A stretch of DNA of 17,306 nt from Candidatus Subterrananammoxibius californiae (GTDB taxonomy: Bacteria > Planctomycetota > Brocadiia > Brocadiales > Subterrananammoxibiaceae): NCBI GenBank assembly GCA_030586555.1, contig JAURAC010000046.1, positions 1 through 17,306 of the forward strand, in the 5' to 3' direction. Positions 1 through 6,455 of this stretch are shown here, one piece after another (the first letter of the stretch is position 1; each line of letters begins with the position of its first letter). The notes below the pieces were generated by a model. It had not been told where the DNA came from. It saw only the letters and a program-made list of their open reading frames with translations, and made no database searches. A program made the translations under genes and the position numbers.

Positions 1-1004
1 ATAAGGCAATAGGAATTACCTCGACAGTGCCTGTCGAAATAATCTTTGCTGCAGGGTATATACCTATTGACCTTAATAATATATTTATCTGTGACGAAGA
101 CCCTTATGGGATGGTTGAGAATGCAGAGACGATGGGTTTTCCCAGAAATACATGCTCATGGATAAAGGGAATCTACACAGCCACAAAAAATGTAGGGATA
201 AAAAGGATTATCGGCGTAGTGCAGGGCGACTGTAGCCACACAAATGCCTTATTGGAGGTCTTTCAATCAGAAGGAATAGAGGTTATTCCCTTCTCGTATC
301 CCCATAAAGGCAATAGAAGTCTGCTTGAAGCTCAGCTTGTGGAGCTTGCAAAAACCCTTGGGGTGGAATTTTATAAGGCTCAAGAAATGAAGGCACGGCT
401 CGATAAGGTTCGCAGTATTGTTCATGAAATTGACCGTCTAACATGGGAAGAAGGTAAGGTAAGCGGAGAGGAGAATCATTACTGGAATGTTTCAACCAGC
501 GACATGATGGGCAATTATGAGCTTTACGAGCAGAAGGCAGCCGAATTTTTGAAAAATGCAATAAACCGTCAGCCTAAAAAACTCGAAACTCTCAACTCAA
601 AACTTGAAACTCAAATAAGGATTGGTTTTATTGGTGTTCCGCCAATATGTACTGATTTATATGTATTCTTAGAAAGCCTCGGAACGCATGTTGTATTTAA
701 CGAGGTGCAACGCCAGTTCAGCATGCCCTACCCTACGGAAACCCTTACCGAGCAGTATACCCGCTATACATATCCGTATAGCATCTTTGGCCGTCTGGAG
801 GACATAAAAAGTGAAGTCAAAAAGAGGAACATTTGTGGCGTAATTAATTACGTACAGAGTTTCTGTTTTAGAAACATTCAGGAAAAGATTATCAGGGCAA
901 ATATAGGCGTCCCAATGTTAACCCTCGAATGCGATAGACCCGGTCGCCTCGACGGCGCCATGAAAACTCGGATTGAGGCATTCATCGAGATGCTTAAAGG
1001 GTGA
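1..1004 (+). CDS. 2-hydroxyacyl-CoA dehydratase family protein (HgdB/FldB-like D-component), 5'-partial
   Basis: The frame is open from position 3 (KAIGITSTVPVEIIFAAG), so the gene starts left of the window. Family-typical motifs: PVEIIFAAG, TCSWIKG, GDCSHT, SFCFR and C-terminal TLECD...KTRIEAFIEML. Stop TGA at 1002-1004. Confidence 0.8.
   Translation, partial: KAIGITSTVPVEIIFAAGYIPIDLNNIFICDEDPYGMVENAETMGFPRNTCSWIKGIYTATKNVGIKRIIGVVQGDCSHTNALLEVFQSEGIEVIPFSYPHKGNRSLLEAQLVELAKTLGVEFYKAQEMKARLDKVRSIVHEIDRLTWEEGKVSGEENHYWNVSTSDMMGNYELYEQKAAEFLKNAINRQPKKLETLNSKLETQIRIGFIGVPPICTDLYVFLESLGTHVVFNEVQRQFSMPYPTETLTEQYTRYTYPYSIFGRLEDIKSEVKKRNICGVINYVQSFCFRNIQEKIIRANIGVPMLTLECDRPGRLDGAMKTRIEAFIEMLKG
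579..613. repeat. Intragenic heptamer tandem array, 5 x AAACTCN-like
   Basis: aaactcg aaactct caactca aaacttg aaactca, translated in frame as KLETLNSKLETQ. Confidence 0.85.
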
Positions 1005-1029
1005 AAAACCGCGAAAAGCAAAACCACCG

Positions 1030-1540
1030 ATACTTGCTTTTTGTGAGTCTTCGTTCTTTCCCATCCTGCCTGACGTGCTGCTTATAGCCCTCGCAATATC
1101 AATCGCCAAAAATCCTTTAAATACGCCCTTATCTGCTCTGTGGGTTCTGTACTTGGCGGATGTTTTGGTTACCTTCTCGGATACGAATCCTTTGAACATA
1201 TTGGAAAGCCAATTATTAATTTCTATGGTGCGGGCGACAAATTTGAGTTCGTAAGCCAGAAATACAATGACAATGCCTTTGTGGCAGTTGCGGTAGCAGG
1301 CTTTATCCCGATTCCTTATAAGGTATTCACAATTGCCGCTGGCGCTTGCAGTGTGAATTTTCTTACCTTTGTAATAGCCTCAGCCGTTAGCCGAAGCGCA
1401 CGATTCTTCATAATAGAGCGCTAATTTATCTTTTTGGCGGCAGGATTAAGAATTTTATTGACAAGTATTTTAACATAATATCCATAGCCTTCGTTGTCCT
1501 TCTAATCGGCAGCTTCGCAATCATAAAATTTTTAAAATAG
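1030..1540 (+). pseudogene. YqaA/DedA (SNARE-associated/VTT) membrane protein pseudogene, 5'-truncated with two frameshifts
   Basis: Three frames join into one YqaA-like protein: ILAFCESSFFPILPDVLLIAL (shift near the A-run at 1108-1112), KYALICSVGSVLGG...AGFIPIPYKVFTIAAG...SRSARFFII (shift at ~1416), ALIYLFGGRIKNFIDKYFN...KFLK* (TAG 1538-1540). The usual N-terminal segment is missing. Confidence 0.85.
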
Positions 1541-1618
1541 CTTTCCATAATAAGTGGAGTTTTGAAGCAATTTGAGTTTTAGCCGTTTGTGCCACGTTAC
1601 CTGTAGCCCATAAATTAA

Positions 1619-3289
1619 TCATTCAAATATCTCCTTAAACATGTCTTTCCCTGCACGATATACTTCCTTAATTCTATAATCAAGAAATGTCTGATATTGA
1701 TCTAACTCCCAGAGGGTTTTATCTGTGGGAATAAAGTGGTTTTTTGCCGACTGGATGTAGCCATTCATGTAAGTTTCTGGTGAATTGTCTCCAATTTCAG
1801 AATTTATATCTTTATGAATAAAAGTAACATTTGCAAAGTTATTAATAAGAATTTCCCTATCATCCGGATCATCGATTTTTAATTGTGTTTCTAAAAATTC
1901 TTTAGGAAAAATATGGTGACGAGCAAGTTCTGTCAGCGGACTTTGACTTAATAATTTTCCGTTCCAGTTATCTACATTTTTTTTCGTAAGAATAATATAG
2001 AGTATAAATAAATGTGCCCTTCCTTCCCTACGTAGTACATTTATTGTGCGGCCTCTTTTGATATCACTTTCGGCAATCTTAATTTTCGCCTTTCTTTTTT
2101 CCATATTTTCTATTAACTCATCAAATGGAAAATAAGGATAAGATTTTACCTCGTTTAAATCTTCATCAAGTTTTGTATCAGTAGCAGAACTATAATATCC
2201 GTTAAAGCTCGCAAGAATAAACCAATTTATAATGCTTTTAATATCTTTTTCGTTAAGTTCCTCTGTCTTTTTTACATTTTTTTGGAAAAAGTAACTGGAG
2301 ATGGTAACCAAAGGGATTTGCGAAGGCAGCAATCCTGAATTAGAAATTCCTATTTCTTTTTTAAGAAGATCTACGGTCAAATTCATAGATGTTTGGCAAT
2401 CACCAAAGATGGCATTAATTTTGGTGGGAGCTAAACTTAAAATCTTTTTAATATTTGCTCTGAACTGATTCACTTTTGAAATCTGGGTTTGTTTTAAATC
2501 AAAGTTTGAAAAGGCAAATCTAATTACTGGTTGAAGTTCTATCTCAAAAACATCATATAATGGTTCATAAAGCTTGTAGACTTTGTCTTTCAAATCTCCA
2601 CTTATTGCACCAGCTAAAAATGATAACATCAGTTCAAGGTTCCCAATCCTAACACCGTATCTATTAACTCTAATAAATGCCTCCGCCATATCTTGAAAGG
2701 TCTCTTCATTTTCCTCATACGTTTCCATAACATATATTGGGAGTTTATACTTCAAAATTCTATCAATTTTTTCTTTCATATCCTCAAAATAGTTTTTAGG
2801 GGTATTGTTTTTTAACTCAATTAAAACATCCATATCTTTTAACCAAAAAGCCTTAATGAGTTCGGATAAGTCTTTTCCTTGGGTTTTACTTTTATAGAAT
2901 TTTTTATTCGTTGGATTATATGATATCGGGATTTCGCATTTTATTTCTTTTCCTCTCGAAATCTTCCAGTTATTAAATAAAAGCAATAAAGATGTGAGTC
3001 TCTGTTGACCATCTATCACATAAAATATCTCACTATGTTTCCTTTCGTTGAGGTCCAATAAAGGTCTCGAAAAAGGATCTATTTGGGAGGCTGAAGTATT
3101 GGAAGGTTTCCAAAGAATCACAGTTCCTATTGGATAGTTATTTATGATGGAGTCAATTAAATATTTTATATCATCTTCACCCCATATATATTGCCTTTGG
3201 AATGAGGGTAATAGATATTTCCCAGATTCCAAATCAGGGATAAGGTCTTCTATGGGTTTTTTATCTACATCTATGGAGATTCTTTTCAT
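1619..3289 (-). CDS. GmrSD-family (DUF262 + C-terminal DUF1524-like HNH) putative modification-dependent restriction nuclease
   Basis: DUF262 motifs PSFQRQYIW, IDGQQRLTSL and FIRVN; C-terminal HHIFP...NFANVTFI...INSEIGD resembles the HNH-type domain. ATG 3289 is preferred over 3298 because GGAG lies 9 nt upstream of it. Visibly more AT-rich than its neighbours. Confidence 0.8.
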   Translation of the reverse strand: MKRISIDVDKKPIEDLIPDLESGKYLLPSFQRQYIWGEDDIKYLIDSIINNYPIGTVILWKPSNTSASQIDPFSRPLLDLNERKHSEIFYVIDGQQRLTSLLLLFNNWKISRGKEIKCEIPISYNPTNKKFYKSKTQGKDLSELIKAFWLKDMDVLIELKNNTPKNYFEDMKEKIDRILKYKLPIYVMETYEENEETFQDMAEAFIRVNRYGVRIGNLELMLSFLAGAISGDLKDKVYKLYEPLYDVFEIELQPVIRFAFSNFDLKQTQISKVNQFRANIKKILSLAPTKINAIFGDCQTSMNLTVDLLKKEIGISNSGLLPSQIPLVTISSYFFQKNVKKTEELNEKDIKSIINWFILASFNGYYSSATDTKLDEDLNEVKSYPYFPFDELIENMEKRKAKIKIAESDIKRGRTINVLRREGRAHLFILYIILTKKNVDNWNGKLLSQSPLTELARHHIFPKEFLETQLKIDDPDDREILINNFANVTFIHKDINSEIGDNSPETYMNGYIQSAKNHFIPTDKTLWELDQYQTFLDYRIKEVYRAGKDMFKEIFE

Positions 3290-3378
3290 TTTAATCATCT
3301 CCTTTTCTTCTCAAACATTTCATACCTGGAATTGCGCCTAACTTAAAATAACCGAATTACTTCGTTTATGCACAAGGT

Positions 3379-3456
3379 TGGTCGGGGCGACTGGATTCGA
3401 ACCAGCGACCTCGGCGTCCCGAACGCCGCGCTCTAGCCAAACTGAGCCACGCCCCG
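3379..3456 (-). tRNA. tRNA-Pro (anticodon CGG)
   Basis: Minus strand CGGGGCGTGGCTCAGTTTGGCTAGAGCGCGGCGTTCGGGACGCCGAGGTCGCTGGTTCGAATCCAGTCGCCCCGACCA: acceptor stem CGGGGCG/CGCCCCG, anticodon arm CGGCG-TTCGGGA-CGCCG, T-loop GTTCGAATC, encoded CCA. Confidence 0.97.
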
Positions 3457-3495
3457 TGCTTTCCGCTTCTGCTTTGTCTCTTGCCAGCTTCTTAT

Positions 3496-3524
3496 GTTTT
3501 ATATTGTTCCTTACAGAAAGTCAA
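3496..3524 (-). promoter_or_regulatory. Possible sigma70 promoter for tRNA-Pro
   Basis: Minus strand TTGACT (3524-3519), 17 nt, TAAAAC (3501-3496), about 40 nt upstream of the tRNA 5' end. Confidence 0.4.
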
Positions 3525-3634
3525 TATCTTTCTAATTCCACCCAAAATAACAGCAGACTCACCACCTTTTGGGTAAGCGGATGATGCTACGATTTTAAAG
3601 TAGTAAGGTTTTTGTGCTATCCTCCATTATACCC

Positions 3635-3664
3635 TTGACAAAACGGTTTAAAATTGCATATAAT
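3635..3664 (+). promoter_or_regulatory. Sigma70-type promoter of htpX
   Basis: Perfect TTGACA (3635-3640), 18 nt, TATAAT (3659-3664). Shares the 12-mer CCTTGACAAAAC with the promoter at 13114. Confidence 0.75.
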
Positions 3665-3708
3665 TAATTATCAAAAAGTATACAAGGTTACCTTAAACTG
3701 GAGTTGTG

Positions 3709-4584
3709 ATGAATTATTTTAAAACCTTTCTTTTGCTCGTCCTCTTAAGCCTTCTTTTAGTATGGGTTGGTAGTTATGTAGGCGGAGCCAGAGGCATGGT
3801 CTTCGCCTTCTTGTTTGTCCTGGTAATGAACTTTGTTACATATTGGTACAGCGACAAGATTGTGCTAAGAATGTATAATGCAAAGGAGGTCTCACGTGCG
3901 GAAGCACCTTCTTTGTATTCGATTGTTGAGGAGCTGACAAGCCGTGCTGGTCTTCCGATGCCGAAGGTTTATATAGTGCCATCCAGTGCTGCAAATGCCT
4001 TTGCTACGGGTAGAAACCCAAGCCATGCTGCGGTTGCGGTAACGCAAGGAATTACGAACCTCCTGACACGCGAAGAACTAAAGGGCGTATTAGGACATGA
4101 ACTTGCTCATGTTAAGAATCGTGACATCTTGACTGCTACAATAGTTGCAGTGATTGCAGGCGCAATAATGATGATGTCAAGGATTGCGCAATGGTCTGCA
4201 TTTTTTGGGGGTGGGTATGGCAGTGATGAAGAAGGCCATAGGGGTAGCAACCCTATAGCATTTCTGTTAATGGCGATTATTGCACCGTTGGCTGCCTTGC
4301 TGATTCAGATGGCTATTTCCCGCTCGAGGGAATATGCGGCTGACAGGCGTGGCGCAACGGTTGCCGGAACACCACTGGGGTTGGCTAATGCGCTTTTAAA
4401 GTTACAGGATGCCTCACGCTATCATCCAATGGTTGCAAACCAGGCAACTGCGCATCTTTTCATAGTTAAACCAATAAGCGTAGAGGGCTTTGCAAGTCTC
4501 TTCAGCACACATCCCCCTATAGAAGAGAGGGTGAGAAGGCTCAGAAAATTAGTTGAGAGTCAAGAGTTGAGAGTCGAGAGTTAA
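3709..4584 (+). CDS. htpX: Zinc metalloprotease HtpX (peptidase M48)
   Basis: [14 protein letters not shown] (HExxH), [20 protein letters not shown] and N-terminal TM helices. GGAG at 3700-3703 precedes ATG 3709. Confidence 0.95.
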   Translation: MNYFKTFLLLVLLSLLLVWVGSYVGGARGMVFAFLFVLVMNFVTYWYSDKIVLRMYNAKEVSRAEAPSLYSIVEELTSRAGLPMPKVYIVPSSAANAFATGRNPSHAAVAVTQGITNLLTREELKGVLGHELAHVKNRDILTATIVAVIAGAIMMMSRIAQWSAFFGGGYGSDEEGHRGSNPIAFLLMAIIAPLAALLIQMAISRSREYAADRRGATVAGTPLGLANALLKLQDASRYHPMVANQATAHLFIVKPISVEGFASLFSTHPPIEERVRRLRKLVESQELRVES

Positions 4585-4634
4585 AAAATTAATTCCTTAA
4601 ACTCGGAACTCGTAACTCCAAACTCATAACTCAT
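4551..4634. repeat. Inverted pair of heptamer arrays: (AGTYRAG)x5, spacer, (CNNAACT)x5
   Basis: agttgag agtcaag agttgag agtcgag agttaaa (4551-4585), then ttaaact cggaact cgtaact ccaaact cataact (4597-4631). The arms are imperfect reverse complements. Confidence 0.85.
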
Positions 4635-4649
4635 GAGGGAGGGTCTTTA

Positions 4650-4967
4650 ATGATTCATTACAGTTGTGATATATGTGGAAAGCCACTGCATGCCGACAAA
4701 GACGTTAGATATGTTGTAAAAATTGAGGTCTATGGTGTCTATGACGAAGATGATTTTGATGGAGATGTGTTTGAAGATGAATTAGATGAGCCTGAAGACA
4801 TAGATGATGACCCCGAACTTGTTTCAGGGGATGAGGACATGGATGAATTTGAAGATGCAGAATACAAAACGTTTCGCTTTGATTTATGCAGTGAATGTCA
4901 TAGCAAATACTTACAAAACCCTTTGTTTATCAAGGGCAGACATAAGACCCGATTTTTTGAAAATTAG
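4650..4967 (+). CDS. Hypothetical small protein, two CxxC motifs flanking a highly acidic segment
   Basis: GGAGG upstream; CDIC near the N-terminus and CSEC near the C-terminus; 25 of 42 central residues are D/E. Confidence 0.75.
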   Translation: MIHYSCDICGKPLHADKDVRYVVKIEVYGVYDEDDFDGDVFEDELDEPEDIDDDPELVSGDEDMDEFEDAEYKTFRFDLCSECHSKYLQNPLFIKGRHKTRFFEN

Positions 4968-4983
4968 CTATCAACTGACATCT

Positions 4984-5029
4984 GTAAGGGTTTGATTTAT
5001 CAAATCTGCCTCAGGTGGAGCAAATCCTA
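4984..5029. repeat. GTAG-like REP palindrome interrupted by a TCYGCC-nnn-GGYGGA palindrome
   Basis: gtaagggtttgatttat CAAATC tgcctcaggtggag CAAATC cta. The 6-bp direct repeat lies at 5001-5006 and 5021-5026. Confidence 0.6.
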
Positions 5030-5071
5030 ATTTATTGGGCACTATAAAACGTGCCTCTACATTTTTTAAGT

Positions 5072-6406
5072 ATGACCATTTCTGAAAAGATTATAGCCGC
5101 ACATGTTCGCCAAGGCGAATCTGCCTCTGGCACGACTGGCGTGGAGGAGGTGCATGCCGGGCAATATGTCTATGCGGATGTAGATATCTGCCTCGGAAAC
5201 GATGTAACAGCGCCTATTGCTATTGAAGAATTTGAAAAGGCAGGATTAAAGAAGGTCTTTGATAGAGAAAAGATTGTTCTTGTCCCTGACCACTTTACCC
5301 CGAATAAGGATATAAAATCTGCCGGGCAGGCCAGAATCGTTCGGGAGTTTGCAAGAAAACACAACCTTAAATATTACTTTGAAGTGGGAAGGATGGGTAT
5401 TGAACATGCCCTTTTACCTGAGCAAGGGATAGTGGTGCCGGGTGACCTGGTAATCGGTGCCGATTCGCACACATGCACCTATGGCGCTCTCGGTGCGTTT
5501 TCAGCTGGGGTGGGTAGCACAGACCTCGCCGCCTGTTTTGCCACCGGCAAGGTCTGGCTAAAGGTGCCAGAGACCATTAAGTTTATATACTATAATATCC
5601 CTGACAAATGGACCACTGGTAAGGATTTAATCCTCTATACCATTGGCGATATAGGGGTTGACGGCGCACTCTATAAGGCGATGGAATTTAGTGGTTCCGC
5701 CATCTCTGCGCTCGATATGGATGGACGTATGGCAATGTGCAACATGGCAATCGAGGCCGGGGCAAAAAGTGGAATCATAGCGCCTGATAAGTGCACCGAA
5801 GAATATGTAAAAGGTCGTGCTCAAAGACCGTATAAATTTTACTCTGGAAACGGCACTTTTGAGTCCGCGGCTTCGACTGAGCTCAGCCGAACGTCCTCAG
5901 GTGGAAACTACAGCGCTGTTTATGAGTACGATGCAAGTAAGATTTCCCCTCAGGTCGCCATGCCGAGTCTTCCTGAAAATACAAAACCTGCCGAGGAGTT
6001 ATCCCACATAACGATAGACCAGGTGGTTATTGGCTCATGCACAAACGGCAGAATTTCTGATTTAAGGATTGCAGCGGGCATACTCAAAGGCAAGAAAGTA
6101 CACCCGTACGTGAGGCTTATTATTATTCCAGCAACACAAGCAGTATATCGTCAAGCCGTAAAGGAGGGGTTGGTAGAGATATTTATTGCCGCCGAGGCGG
6201 CAGTTTCTACACCCACCTGCGGCCCATGCCTTGGGGGGCACATGGGTATACTTGCCGAGGGCGAACGTGCCCTGTCTACTACCAACCGAAACTTTGTCGG
6301 CAGAATGGGTCATCCGAAAAGCGAAATTTATCTCTGCAGTCCCGCCGTAGCCGCTGCATCCGCCATTACTGGAAGGATTACCCATCCAGCATACTTCGAA
6401 CATTAA
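5072..6406 (+). CDS. leuC: 3-isopropylmalate dehydratase large subunit (LeuC/HacA/DmdA aconitase family)
   Basis: MTISEKI start, DH motif, [57 protein letters not shown]. Substrate specificity within the family cannot be fixed from motifs. Confidence 0.88.
   Translation: MTISEKIIAAHVRQGESASGTTGVEEVHAGQYVYADVDICLGNDVTAPIAIEEFEKAGLKKVFDREKIVLVPDHFTPNKDIKSAGQARIVREFARKHNLKYYFEVGRMGIEHALLPEQGIVVPGDLVIGADSHTCTYGALGAFSAGVGSTDLAACFATGKVWLKVPETIKFIYYNIPDKWTTGKDLILYTIGDIGVDGALYKAMEFSGSAISALDMDGRMAMCNMAIEAGAKSGIIAPDKCTEEYVKGRAQRPYKFYSGNGTFESAASTELSRTSSGGNYSAVYEYDASKISPQVAMPSLPENTKPAEELSHITIDQVVIGSCTNGRISDLRIAAGILKGKKVHPYVRLIIIPATQAVYRQAVKEGLVEIFIAAEAAVSTPTCGPCLGGHMGILAEGERALSTTNRNFVGRMGHPKSEIYLCSPAVAAASAITGRITHPAYFEH
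5105..5135. repeat. Two short tandem palindromes in frame in leuC
   Basis: ttcgcc-aa-ggcgaa (5106-5119) followed by tctgcc-tct-ggcacga (5120-5135); encodes [10 protein letters not shown]. Confidence 0.7.
5864..5905. repeat. Nested palindromes in frame in leuC
   Basis: tccgc [ggcttcgactgagctcagccgaacgtc, 27 nt] ctcaggtgga; encodes [14 protein letters not shown]. Confidence 0.8.
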
Positions 6407-6455
6407 AGCGTTCATAGTTGGTTTATTAAAAGGTAAAAAAAGGAGATATTAAGGA

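Noticed and set aside
973..1424. ORFs 973-1254 and 1140-1424 as two genes or a programmed frameshift
   Set aside because: They are fragments of one YqaA gene needing two shifts plus a missing 5' end; decay is the simpler explanation.
1541..1618. att-site duplication of the tRNA-Pro 3' end bounding an integrated element
   Set aside because: No copy of TGGTCGGGGCG was found here and no integrase is in the window.
3378..3584. 68-aa ORF MVGATGFEPATS...
   Set aside because: It is the antisense translation of tRNA-Pro, a common artefact.
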